From positions 124,001-188,000 of the IMG/VR virus record IMGVR_UViG_3300026518_000006: 64,000 nucleotides of DNA; one strand, given 5' to 3'. A program made the position numbers and the translations under genes. The notes under the pieces were generated by a model. The model made no database searches. It was not told where the DNA came from and saw only the letters and a program-made list of their open reading frames with translations. This document shows, piece by piece, positions 47,984 to 57,983 of the stretch; position 1 is the stretch's first letter; each line of letters begins with the position of its first letter.

Positions 47984-50245
47984 ATGGCTAACTCAAAAGA
48001 TACTATACTTAATCTATTTCCTGATAACAATAATAATGAGATTACAGCTTCTAAAATAAGACAATTTGTAAGCTCAATTTTTGATGAGAAAATAGATATT
48101 AATGAAATCCAAAACCGCTTAACATCTACTGACACAGATAAACCACTATCTGCCAATATGGGTAGAGTTTTATCAGAAAGAGATGATAACCTACAACAAC
48201 AAATAGACGGCAAAGAAAACTCTTTACCAAACGGAAATGCAGGGGATATTCTAGTATTAGACCCAAATGGGAATAAAGTATGGGAAGCCCCTACTGTTTA
48301 TAACGAAACTATCGTATATGATGGACTTGATTCTTCATCTTCTATAGAAGCTTTGTCTGCTAATATGGGTAGAGAACTTGATAATAAAATTCAAATTCAA
48401 GCTAATATAAACACAGCCCAAGACACACTCATCTCAGCCCTTGAAAATAGAGCTACTGTTAATGAAGCCGATATTCTTCAAAATAAAACCGATATTTCAC
48501 AAAATGCGTCTGATATAGCTCAGAATAGAACCGATATAAACCAAAATATTATCAGAATTAATGACAACAGAGCTGATATAGTATCAGCTAATCAACGAAT
48601 TTCTCAAAACATCACGGACATCACACAAAATGCTTCTGATATTACAGCTTTGAGAAGTAGCTTAGATGCAACCAATATAAATGTTAGCACAAATACTTCA
48701 AATATTGCTCAAAACACAGCAAATATTTCCCAAAACATAGGAGACATATCAACCCTACAAACACTTGTTGGCTGGGTAAATATTCCGAACCTTCAAGCAC
48801 AAGTATCCGCAAATACAGCAGATATCAGTGGTCTACAGGGGATAGTAAGTGGTTACACAGGAATGATTAATGCGAATACATCAGCAATTCAAGCCAACAC
48901 AAATGCTATTCAAGTAAATAAAGACGCAATTGTAGTGCTTGATACAAGAGTTACTTCAAATGACAGCGATATAACGAATCTACAAAATGTAGACGCTCAA
49001 CAACAAACGGAGATTGATGATTTAGAAAGTCGTGTTACACAAAATGAAAATGACATAGCCGTAAATGCGACTAATATAACAGCTAATGCAAATGCTATAT
49101 CAATCAACACTAATAATATCAATTCTAATGTCACGAATATAGCCAATAACCGCTCTGATATAGTCAATTTGAGAACAGACCTTGACACACAGGGTATTAG
49201 AATTACAACAAATGAAACGAATATTGCGGATAATGTGGCGGATATCGAAAGCAACAGACTCAATATTCTAAGACTTGGACAAGACCTTGAAAATACTGAT
49301 ACTACCGTTGCTCAAATGCAGGTGCAGATTAACAGCAAAGAAGCATTTTTGGGACTCCCACCTGAAGACGGTATGGTGTTAGCTTCGATGACTAACGGCA
49401 CAAGAATGTGGGTAGAAAATCAAGGCAGTGGCAGTGGTAATATCACTGTTATTGACCACTTAAATGGTGTTGGTCTTGCAGATGATGCCTTATCAGCGAA
49501 TCAGGGTTACATATTAAACCAAAAGGTAATCTCTAAAGAAGAATATTTGGGACTTCCATATATGGATAATATGGTCTTAACAAGCACATCTTCAGGGAAT
49601 AGAATTTGGAAAGACCCAAGAATACTTAAAATTGATTATGGGGTATTCTATGGTGCAGGAAATAGAATTGTTAGCGCAACAATTACACCATCAGATGCTA
49701 CATATTTTGAGAGTTCACAACCTGTTCAACTTATAGCGATAGCGACAAGAGCAGGAGGACAAGTTGAGGACATAACAACAAGAGCCGTTTGGAGTACAAA
49801 CAACACGGCTATTCTAACGGTTAGTGATACGGGGGTTATTGTTCCTACAGGTACGGCATATGGTACAGCCATAGTCACAGCAGAAATTGATGATGGTTCA
49901 GGAAGCAATGTTATCGTAGCTACAGCCAATATTACAATAGAACAGGTGCTTATAACTGATTTAACCCTTACCCCTGCTGATGCTGTTGTTGGACAAAATG
50001 TGACAATCCATTATGTAGCCACCGCTACAAATAATGACGGTTCGACTGAAGATGTTACACAACTTTGTGATTGGTCGATAAATGACCCAAGTATAGCGAC
50101 TATACTAAATGCGTATCCTGATAAAGGAACGGTTATCACTAATAATAGTTTTGTTACAGGCACAGCCCATATTTCAGCGACAATTGATAATGGGGCAGGC
50201 ACAGATATTTTAGGCACTACGAGTTTAAGTGTAACAACTTCTTAA
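47984..50245 (+). CDS. Long fibre protein: LFPDN..EITA N-terminus, coiled-coil shaft, two C-terminal Ig-like domains
   Basis: LSANMGR repeats, N..DI heptads, KExxLGLP..DxMVL repeats, Big_2-like C-terminus. Confidence 0.78.
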   Translation: MANSKDTILNLFPDNNNNEITASKIRQFVSSIFDEKIDINEIQNRLTSTDTDKPLSANMGRVLSERDDNLQQQIDGKENSLPNGNAGDILVLDPNGNKVWEAPTVYNETIVYDGLDSSSSIEALSANMGRELDNKIQIQANINTAQDTLISALENRATVNEADILQNKTDISQNASDIAQNRTDINQNIIRINDNRADIVSANQRISQNITDITQNASDITALRSSLDATNINVSTNTSNIAQNTANISQNIGDISTLQTLVGWVNIPNLQAQVSANTADISGLQGIVSGYTGMINANTSAIQANTNAIQVNKDAIVVLDTRVTSNDSDITNLQNVDAQQQTEIDDLESRVTQNENDIAVNATNITANANAISINTNNINSNVTNIANNRSDIVNLRTDLDTQGIRITTNETNIADNVADIESNRLNILRLGQDLENTDTTVAQMQVQINSKEAFLGLPPEDGMVLASMTNGTRMWVENQGSGSGNITVIDHLNGVGLADDALSANQGYILNQKVISKEEYLGLPYMDNMVLTSTSSGNRIWKDPRILKIDYGVFYGAGNRIVSATITPSDATYFESSQPVQLIAIATRAGGQVEDITTRAVWSTNNTAILTVSDTGVIVPTGTAYGTAIVTAEIDDGSGSNVIVATANITIEQVLITDLTLTPADAVVGQNVTIHYVATATNNDGSTEDVTQLCDWSINDPSIATILNAYPDKGTVITNNSFVTGTAHISATIDNGAGTDILGTTSLSVTTS

Positions 50246-50268
50246 TAAATAAATTAAAAGGAAAATAA

Positions 50269-52554
50269 ATGGCTATTCAATTTAAAGGTTCAAATATATC
50301 AGGTGTAGTTCCTGATATGTCTGAATTAGCAGAAAGAGAAATCGGGATAAACACTGCTGATGGTAAACTCTTCACCAATGACGGCTCAGGCATAATTGAA
50401 ATTGATGCTTCAAAAACAAACACAGGTTTAGAATTAATCAATGGTGTTGTTAGTTGGAGATTAGTTGGTCAAAATGTTGGTCAAAGTATTGGGGTTAGTG
50501 CTATTGAATTATGTACAGATAATCCAAGTACAGGAGCGATTGGAAATTTTTCTATCGCAATAGGAGATAAAGCGACAGCATTAAATACAAGAGATATCGC
50601 TATTGGTAATGATGTTGCCGTTGGAAGTCCCGATAGTCTTAGTATTGGTTATGATAATGTTGTTGGCTCAACAAATTCATCAGGCAATATAGTTATTGGT
50701 ATTCATAACACCGCAACAAATTCGAATCCATCAAACAACAACACTATAATTTATGGCAATAATAATGATATTAGTGGATTTAACTCTATTGCGGTGGGAT
50801 ATAACAATACAAATGGAAGCTCAACAAATGAAAATAGTGTACTGTTTGGTGTAGGTTTGTCGGGGGGGGATAAGAAAACTGTAATTGGTATGTATAATGA
50901 CACAACAGCTATTCCAAATAGTGTATTTGAAGTTGGTGCGGGAAATCTTGCAGGAACAAAAACAGTATTCGGTATCAATAATGATGGGGTTGCTATAGTA
51001 CCTACCGCTACACCTGCAAACATCACTAATGCAGGCGCATATGCAATAGTAACATCAGGATATCTTGCAGACCCCGCTACACTTGGTGTTTCTAAGGTAA
51101 ATAATCAAACAGGTGAAGTATTCCTATACACTAATGATGTACCTACTTCGAATGATAAACTTTATATTAGTCAATCGAAACTTGATTTGATAGATACAAA
51201 TGCCTCAAATATCTCAACACTTGATTCAACAAAACAGGATAATATTATATACGGCAACGCAGGTCAAATTATGACCACAAACGGTGCTTCTGATGGATAT
51301 AATTGGATTGATTTCTCTATTCTAAATAATATCGATGTTGTTGACACAATGGGTTCAGCGGGTCAATATATGAGAGTCAACACAGCAGGCACTCAAATTA
51401 TATTTGAAGATATGACTGCTACTGTTATCGGACTTGATAAAGTTGAAAATATGTCGCCATTAGAATTGGCTACTTCTGAGTTTCTACCTGATGGAACCAC
51501 AAGAAACCCTATAGACCAACGATTTGATGGATTGGATGAAAACAAAATAAATGCTCCGGGAGTTCCTGACACAGACCAAGTTGGGGCGGTTTTACAGGTA
51601 GAGTCTACAAATGGCGTGGACGCCTATACTACAAGATGGACGGATTTCACATTTTATGAGCTTGGTGATGTTACTCAATATGTCCCGACAACAGATGACG
51701 GCAAATTTTTGAGATTAGCAACTCCTTTGGTAAATGGTAGCCCTGCTGTTGTTTACGATAACATAGACCTCTCATATACAGCTTCTCCTACTGATGGTAG
51801 TGTAGATATCAATAGCGGTACAAGTGCTGTTATCCCATTAGCTGATGGTACTAATGCGGGGCTTTTGGCACCTGCGGACTTTAATAAACTTAGCTACATC
51901 ACTGTGACTGGAAATGTTGATTTAGATAATGTTGTAAGTGATACTTTAAGTTATGGTACAGCGGGGCAGGTATTAGCCACTAATGCTTCGGGTGATGGGT
52001 ATGCTTGGGGCACAATTCCGAACACAGATTTATCTTACACTGCTTCGCCTACAGATGGTAAAGTAACAAGTTCAACAGGTACAGATGCTACATTGCCTTT
52101 AGCTGATAGTACTAATGCAGGACTTTTATCGCCTGTTGGTTTTGATAAGCTTGGGTATATTAGTGTAACACAGGCTGTTGATTTAGATACAATGGAAACG
52201 GATATAGCCACTAATGCAACCAACATAGCAAACAATACGACAGCAATCAACACAAAAGCGGAAAAGATTACCTACACAAGCCTTACCTCTAATGGGATGG
52301 CTTCCGCTAATAATTACTATTTTGCTGATACTTCAGGGGGAGCAATTACATTAACCCTACCAAACGGTAATGCAGGTGATGTGGTTTATGTGCTTGATGT
52401 TGCAAACAGTTTTGCTACAAATAACTTAACTGTTGCGGTTCAAACTGGCGACTCAATAATGGGTGTTACAGATGGAACTGTTACACTATCTACAGGAAAT
52501 GAAGAAGCGAAAATGATTTACGCAGGTTCTGATTGGAGAGTAATAGAGTACTAA
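50269..52554 (+). CDS. Fibre/adhesin protein with YadA-like repeats and gp34-like C-terminal domain
   Basis: IQFK..P...LAEREIGINTADGKLF, SIAIG repeats, duplicated DLSYTASPTDG unit, YFADTSGGAITLTLP. Confidence 0.78.
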   Translation: MAIQFKGSNISGVVPDMSELAEREIGINTADGKLFTNDGSGIIEIDASKTNTGLELINGVVSWRLVGQNVGQSIGVSAIELCTDNPSTGAIGNFSIAIGDKATALNTRDIAIGNDVAVGSPDSLSIGYDNVVGSTNSSGNIVIGIHNTATNSNPSNNNTIIYGNNNDISGFNSIAVGYNNTNGSSTNENSVLFGVGLSGGDKKTVIGMYNDTTAIPNSVFEVGAGNLAGTKTVFGINNDGVAIVPTATPANITNAGAYAIVTSGYLADPATLGVSKVNNQTGEVFLYTNDVPTSNDKLYISQSKLDLIDTNASNISTLDSTKQDNIIYGNAGQIMTTNGASDGYNWIDFSILNNIDVVDTMGSAGQYMRVNTAGTQIIFEDMTATVIGLDKVENMSPLELATSEFLPDGTTRNPIDQRFDGLDENKINAPGVPDTDQVGAVLQVESTNGVDAYTTRWTDFTFYELGDVTQYVPTTDDGKFLRLATPLVNGSPAVVYDNIDLSYTASPTDGSVDINSGTSAVIPLADGTNAGLLAPADFNKLSYITVTGNVDLDNVVSDTLSYGTAGQVLATNASGDGYAWGTIPNTDLSYTASPTDGKVTSSTGTDATLPLADSTNAGLLSPVGFDKLGYISVTQAVDLDTMETDIATNATNIANNTTAINTKAEKITYTSLTSNGMASANNYYFADTSGGAITLTLPNGNAGDVVYVLDVANSFATNNLTVAVQTGDSIMGVTDGTVTLSTGNEEAKMIYAGSDWRVIEY

Positions 52555-52580
52555 CCTCTATTACTTGATAGTAGTTTTGA

Positions 52581-52620
52581 AGATTTTACTTTTCAAAAAA
52601 GTAAAATCTCTCAAAGAGCC
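52581..52620. repeat. Palindromic intergenic element, copy 4
   Basis: AGATTTTACTTTTCAAAAAAGTAAAATCTCTCAAAGAG between convergent genes. Confidence 0.85.
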
Positions 52621-54179
52621 TACATATCCTCAAAGTTAATTTTTTTGTGATTCTTGAGAGTAGGTGTTACACCATCACCATTTTCTGTAGTATTGAGCCA
52701 CAGAACTTTAGGTTTAAATTTCAACCAATTTTCATCAGTATCCACATCTTCAATATACATATCAGAAATCATAATCAGCACATCGGGCTTCGCATTTTTG
52801 CTTTCAAGGAACGGCACAATAGCACCCATATATGTACCTCCATACCCTCTTCGTTTAAAGTGCTTATTTTTTTCTCCAAATTCTTCAATGCTTTTAATTT
52901 CTGTATCAATTTGAATAACCTTCAAATCGGTACCGTTAAGTTTAGCTACTTCCAAAATCTCAACAAGACCGTCCAAAATTTGTTCATCACTCATAGACCC
53001 TGAAGTATCAACTCCAACATAAATTTCGTGTTTATCTTTTGTGACCTTTTTACCTCTTAGGTCAGTTCTTCTTGGAAATCTTCTATCTCTTCGTTTGATA
53101 GTAGGCTCTCTCTTTCCTGTTTTTGAGCTGAGTATTCTTCTCAGTTCTTTTTTCCAAGAAACTTTTGGTTTTCGTCTAAGGATATCCAAAATCTGCTCAA
53201 TATCTCCCGGAAGATGACCTCTTTGGGTAGAACTCATAGAATCTTTAACCATTTTTTCTGCAACAGAGCGAGCGAGTTCTTCTGAGTCTTCATCACTTTC
53301 ACACCAAGTAGAATGATTGTCGATTGTATAACTTTTGTCGAGATTTGTTAAGTTAGGGTGTCCGTTAGAAGGCTCCCATTTACCACCATCTTGTTTTCCT
53401 GAGCCACCACAGGATTCACAAGGCTCTTTACCTCCATCTTCATTAGCTTGACTTTGACCATTTTCGTCTTTATTTCCATCTTCTTGACTTTGACCATTTT
53501 CGTCTTTATTTCCATCTTCTTGACTTTGACCATTTTCGTCTTTATTTCCATCTTCCTTATTTTGACCATTTTCGTCTTTATTTCCATCTTCCTGATTTTG
53601 ACCTTGGTTATTCTTGTCTTGTTCTCCTGAGCCACCACAACTTGAACAAGAGCTCTGATTTTTCATAAACTCACTTTTCTCTTTTTCTTGTTGTTTTTTT
53701 TCTTCTAAAAGGAGTTCATAGTATTGTTCAGCGGTAAGGTTTTGGGGGAAATCAAAATCTTCAGGATAAAGGGCTCCACCAACTTTTTTGCCTGTCACAG
53801 GGTCTTTTGTTCCTTGGGGAAGGTTTTTGATAAGTTGATTCATAGCGATATCAGAAGCGTAATTGAACAACTGATGGTCACGCTCACCCTGTCTGAAAAT
53901 GTGTCCTGAAATAATATGGCGACTTTCGTGGACAAGAACTGCAATTCTTTCGAGCAAAGACCATTTTTTAAACTCATCCCCAATTGCAAGATTGTATGAG
54001 TTTCCTGAAAATGATACGCCTGCTGTTTTGATTTCGGGAATGAATTTAATGCGACATTTTGCAATAATAAAAGAGTAGAAAGACACATCAAGCATCTCAG
54101 GGTTAGTCATCATATTCGCCAATGCTTCTTCGAAAGCGTCTCTGTCGGGCTGAATGTTATATTTCTTGTTTTCGGTCAT
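52620..54179 (-). CDS. Metallopeptidase-like plus VWA protein (DUF2201-type), typical partner of MoxR-like AAA ATPases
   Basis: LVHESRH (HExxH), DIAMN, VSWKKELRR, VGVDTSGSM MIDAS, GYGGT, ISDMY. Confidence 0.85.
   Translation of the reverse strand: MTENKKYNIQPDRDAFEEALANMMTNPEMLDVSFYSFIIAKCRIKFIPEIKTAGVSFSGNSYNLAIGDEFKKWSLLERIAVLVHESRHIISGHIFRQGERDHQLFNYASDIAMNQLIKNLPQGTKDPVTGKKVGGALYPEDFDFPQNLTAEQYYELLLEEKKQQEKEKSEFMKNQSSCSSCGGSGEQDKNNQGQNQEDGNKDENGQNKEDGNKDENGQSQEDGNKDENGQSQEDGNKDENGQSQANEDGGKEPCESCGGSGKQDGGKWEPSNGHPNLTNLDKSYTIDNHSTWCESDEDSEELARSVAEKMVKDSMSSTQRGHLPGDIEQILDILRRKPKVSWKKELRRILSSKTGKREPTIKRRDRRFPRRTDLRGKKVTKDKHEIYVGVDTSGSMSDEQILDGLVEILEVAKLNGTDLKVIQIDTEIKSIEEFGEKNKHFKRRGYGGTYMGAIVPFLESKNAKPDVLIMISDMYIEDVDTDENWLKFKPKVLWLNTTENGDGVTPTLKNHKKINFEDM
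53448..53602. repeat. 36-bp tandem repeat, about 4.3 copies (QSQEDGNKDENG)
   Basis: Seen directly; flanked by two CxxCGGSG motifs. Confidence 0.9.
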
Positions 54180-54272
54180 TTTTTTACCTCTCTTTGGTTT
54201 TTATATAAGTAATTATAGTGTATAAAACCTTAAAGAGAGGTAAAAACTCATTTAAATATTATTTAAATGAAG

Positions 54273-54623
54273 TTATGCGAGTGGAATTTCTTCTTCATTA
54301 ATATCATCTGTATCGTCAGATTTACACTCTTCATTTTCTTGGATAAAGTCATCAACCACAGTTTCAATAAGACGCTCTATTGTTTGGGTGAGGTCTGCAT
54401 TAGGAAACAGCTTTGAAAATAATTCATTAAAATCATCTGCAATTTCAATTGTAATGCCACCTTCTTGTGTAAGTTCTGTATCTTCAGGAATTTTGATAGG
54501 TTCTTCACCATTCATAGCATACTCAGCCATTACCTGTACAAATAAACCCATATCAATGACCTGATTTGTGTCGAGTGGTTTTACTTCTGTTTCGGGTTGT
54601 TTGGTGTTTTTGTCTTTACTCAT
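54273..54623 (-). CDS. Acidic hypothetical protein
   Basis: Start moved to 54623 (MSKDKN) from the RBS. Confidence 0.55.
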   Translation of the reverse strand: MSKDKNTKQPETEVKPLDTNQVIDMGLFVQVMAEYAMNGEEPIKIPEDTELTQEGGITIEIADDFNELFSKLFPNADLTQTIERLIETVVDDFIQENEECKSDDTDDINEEEIPLA

Positions 54624-54686
54624 AAGAGTCCTTTTTTTGTTTTTATAAATATAGTAATAATACAATACCAAAATTAAAGGAAGCTT

Positions 54687-55331
54687 ATGGCAACTTATAA
54701 AACACCCGATTTCGGAAAATATTTTATGGAAAAAATCAACGAAAAACTCAGAGAGGAAAAATCTGATACCATTGATAAAGTTGATGAGGTTGGTACGAAC
54801 CAAACAGAGGACATTATAGAGAGTTCTGTTACAGATGATGTTGCTTCAACTTATCAAGAAGGTGATGGTGATGCTACATATGGTGATTTAGTAGAACTAA
54901 TCGGAGTCCTTGATGAAGAAGACTACAATGAAATTGCCGATTGTCTACTTGATTTTATGGACGAAAAATACGGTGATTTAGACGATGAAGATATGGAATT
55001 TGACGATGAAGATATGGAAGAAGCCGTAGACGCTTTTGTTGAAACATTGATTATATCTGAGGAAAACCTTGATAATCTTACTGAAGATGAGCTTATTGAA
55101 ATTGCCAAAAGATTTAAAAACTTCAACAAATCCCGTACATTTTTCACAAAAACTGCTTCTAAAATGAAAGTCGATAGACTTAAAAACAGAACAGTAAATC
55201 GTATCAAGAGAATTAAAGGCAGAGTTCAAAGAAAAAGAACTAGATTTGCCCGTAAAAAATACCAAAAATCAAGAAATCAAGCTATAAAGATAGGTAAGCA
55301 TATCGTTAAAAAACACAGAGGTTTAAAATAA
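54687..55331 (+). CDS. Late protein with acidic core and basic tail, possibly prohead core/scaffold-like
   Basis: TATAAATA at 54644; charge pattern like T4 prohead core proteins. Confidence 0.5.
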   Translation: MATYKTPDFGKYFMEKINEKLREEKSDTIDKVDEVGTNQTEDIIESSVTDDVASTYQEGDGDATYGDLVELIGVLDEEDYNEIADCLLDFMDEKYGDLDDEDMEFDDEDMEEAVDAFVETLIISEENLDNLTEDELIEIAKRFKNFNKSRTFFTKTASKMKVDRLKNRTVNRIKRIKGRVQRKRTRFARKKYQKSRNQAIKIGKHIVKKHRGLK

Positions 55332-55337
55332 CCTCTG

Positions 55338-56957
55338 TTAAGCGATTTCTATGTCATCGAATAAGCCCTCTAGTTCTTTATCGAGGGCTTCATCAAGACT
55401 TGATTTAGCTTCTTTTTTTGTGGGGTTTGATGGGTTATTTGTCTCAATTGATGTATCATCTCCTACAGTTACATTTGCATTTTGAGATTTACCACCAAAC
55501 ACACCTATATCCATATTTGGTATAGGCTGTGTTATATTCTCACCTTTTAAGTCTTCTGCTGTTTTAGGTGTTGTTTTAGGCGTTGTTTTTTGGTTGCTGT
55601 ATATAACATTACCTCCATATTTAGACATATTTTCTTCATAATATCTATCTACAAATCTCATTTTGTTATAATCAAAACCCATTTCAACAGGAAATGTTTT
55701 ACCAGTCATACGGTTTTTTTCAAAGTTTACCTTTAATGTGCCTGTTTCTTTCATCTCTTTGGTTTGGAGTAACATAATCATACTATCACTAAACATAGAG
55801 ATACCCGCTGAATCTGATACTGTTTCTTGTCCTGCTTCAACATTCCCGATAGCCTGTCTGTTAAGTTGATGTGCTGTTAAAATAGGAATATATAATTTTT
55901 GGGCAACTCCTCTTAATTCTGCCGTGACCGACTTCATATACTCATATGATGATGTTCCTGTAGCCATTCTTGATGAACTCAATAACCCCAAATAATCAAC
56001 GAATACAACCATATTTGAAAAGATGTCTTCAGGCGTTACTTCTTTTTCAGGGGTGCTTCTATCTTTTGCCAACTTAACAGCATATTTCTCCAAGTAGTTT
56101 TGAATCTGAATAGGAGACACACTGTATGATGGGTATTCTTTTACCACAAGAGTTCCAAGGTCGTGTTTAATATTGTCGAATATATTTTTTGTATTGGTTT
56201 TATTCTCGGTATCAAGAGTTGTTATATCCATATTTAAAATATTAGCATATATACGCTTCATCCACTCAGCTTCATCCATCTCAAGAGTAAACACAACAAC
56301 ATCTAATTGTTGTGTTAGAAATTGACAAGCAAAAGCACTCAACGAAGCCGATTTTCCAACCCCAGGAGGTGCAAGAAATGTGTGTAAAGTTTTCGGCAAA
56401 AACCCTCTTCCAAGCATAAAATCAAAAGTTCCTATGTTTGGCAAAAATCCTTGTGTATCGTCTTGATAATAGTCCAAGCAATAATCTAAATCTTCAACTG
56501 ATGTTCCAAAATCATTATCAAGAGTTACTTTTTGAGCAATTTCAGCTATTGCAAAACTTTCAGCCAATTTCTCATTGTTATTTTCACTCATTGCTTCCGC
56601 ACCCAATATGAGTGATTCTGTATGTATTGCTTTACGAATAAAATCCTCAGTCTTTTCCAAAAGTAGCTTTTCGTTTATGTGGGTGTCGGAATTTTTTATT
56701 TTTTTGAGGGCTTCTACTTCTACTGCTTGAGTTGATTTAGGGTCATCTTTAATCATAACCACCAAATCTTTAAATGTTGGCTTATCTCCTGTTTGAGTGT
56801 AAAAGTTCTTCATCTTTTCAAAGAGAGCACTATTTCCCACATCACTAAAAAATCGTGGCTTCATTAAAGGGACTACACTACCAAAATAAGACCCATCATT
56901 TAATAATTTGTGTAAAATCTCTTCTTCAAACAATCCCCGTGCGTTTATATCTTCCAT
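55338..56957 (-). CDS. gp41: Replicative helicase, T4 gp41/DnaB family
   Basis: APPGVGKS, FTLEM, VFVDYLG, TAHQLNR, KNRMTG. Confidence 0.92.
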   Translation of the reverse strand: MEDINARGLFEEEILHKLLNDGSYFGSVVPLMKPRFFSDVGNSALFEKMKNFYTQTGDKPTFKDLVVMIKDDPKSTQAVEVEALKKIKNSDTHINEKLLLEKTEDFIRKAIHTESLILGAEAMSENNNEKLAESFAIAEIAQKVTLDNDFGTSVEDLDYCLDYYQDDTQGFLPNIGTFDFMLGRGFLPKTLHTFLAPPGVGKSASLSAFACQFLTQQLDVVVFTLEMDEAEWMKRIYANILNMDITTLDTENKTNTKNIFDNIKHDLGTLVVKEYPSYSVSPIQIQNYLEKYAVKLAKDRSTPEKEVTPEDIFSNMVVFVDYLGLLSSSRMATGTSSYEYMKSVTAELRGVAQKLYIPILTAHQLNRQAIGNVEAGQETVSDSAGISMFSDSMIMLLQTKEMKETGTLKVNFEKNRMTGKTFPVEMGFDYNKMRFVDRYYEENMSKYGGNVIYSNQKTTPKTTPKTAEDLKGENITQPIPNMDIGVFGGKSQNANVTVGDDTSIETNNPSNPTKKEAKSSLDEALDKELEGLFDDIEIA

Positions 56958-56972
56958 AATATTCCTTTTATT

Positions 56973-57350
56973 TTAATCATAAAGAGTTTTGAACTCTTCA
57001 ATTTGTGGGTCTTTCATAAGCTCAAGATATTCTATTGCCGTTTCTATATTAATATTATAATATCTGCTTATATTTTCTAATAGTTTATTGTTCAACTTTT
57101 CTTTTTTCTGAGGTTGAATAAATTTTATCTTGCCCTTGAGTAGCTGTTTGGCAATATCATACTGAATGTTCAATGGAATTTCATTATAATATCTATTAAT
57201 AATATTCCCTACAAATACCGACTGTGGATTATTACTCAAATATCTACAAAAGAAAAAAGAATTTATACTCATCTTTTCTTCATATGTTGGTTGATAATCA
57301 CTAAGAATAGATGTCATAATCTTGTATGGGTTTGGTTTTTTTGCCATCAC
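56973..57350 (-). CDS. gp62: Clamp loader small subunit, T4 gp62-like
   Basis: NSFFFCRYLS...N...IP...QY...KIKFI...ISRYYNI...A.EYL. Confidence 0.75.
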   Translation of the reverse strand: MMAKKPNPYKIMTSILSDYQPTYEEKMSINSFFFCRYLSNNPQSVFVGNIINRYYNEIPLNIQYDIAKQLLKGKIKFIQPQKKEKLNNKLLENISRYYNINIETAIEYLELMKDPQIEEFKTLYD

Positions 57351-57737
57351 ATTCCTTTTTTAAAATTAATGTATTTTACTATCTTAAAATCAAGATAACC
57401 TTAAAAGGTTTCTTCAATAAATATCACATCTGTATATATAGTATTATTTGGAAATTTCATAACTATCAGATTGTTTTTATCAAAATTCCCAATATAGTTA
57501 TCTACTTCTTCCCCATATATAAGGTAGTTTTGTTCTTAATTTAAGTTCATTTTCAATATCTTTATATTCTATTTTCTTCACTTTACAAAATCCTTTTCTG
57601 AAATATGTTTGAGCGAGTTTTGATTCGGGCGAAGTGCCTATAAACGCCTCTTCTTTAGTTTTAATACTTATGGCTCTAATTAAATAGTAATTATTAGTCA
57701 TATATGGACTTTCCATAAGCTTTAACGCACATATCAT
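57347..57737 (-). pseudogene. Probably disrupted hypothetical gene
   Basis: The frame shifts near 57540 into EQNYLIYGEEVD...EETF, with TAA at 57401-57403. Confidence 0.4.
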
Positions 57738-57970
57738 ATTAAAAACTCCGCATTTTCATTTTTAAAATTTTCCAACCTCTCTTTAAGTATCTCCAACATT
57801 TTATTTTCATAACTCCACTGTTTTTTTGCTTGGTTTAACCTTTCTTCATCAGAAGTATATCTCATTATGCTATCATAATATTCCAATGCACTATATGTCT
57901 GATTTATAGAATTTTCTATATCAGCTAAAGTCTTGTTAAAATCTGCTTTAGTGAGTGGTCTTGTACTCAT
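57734..57970 (-). CDS. Coiled-coil hypothetical protein with tag AEFLI
   Basis: ORF, terminal motif. Confidence 0.6.
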   Translation of the reverse strand: MSTRPLTKADFNKTLADIENSINQTYSALEYYDSIMRYTSDEERLNQAKKQWSYENKMLEILKERLENFKNENAEFLI

Positions 57971-57983
57971 TTTAATCCCTTTA

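Noticed and set aside
43564-52554. Diversity-generating retroelement acting on fibre tips
   Set aside because: No reverse transcriptase and no template/variable repeat pair differing at adenines; the internal repeats are normal fibre units.
12172-57737. Stop-codon recoding as the explanation for in-frame TGA/TAA in small genes
   Set aside because: All core genes are intact under code 11, TGA and TAA serve as ordinary terminators, and most affected ORFs also have frameshifts.
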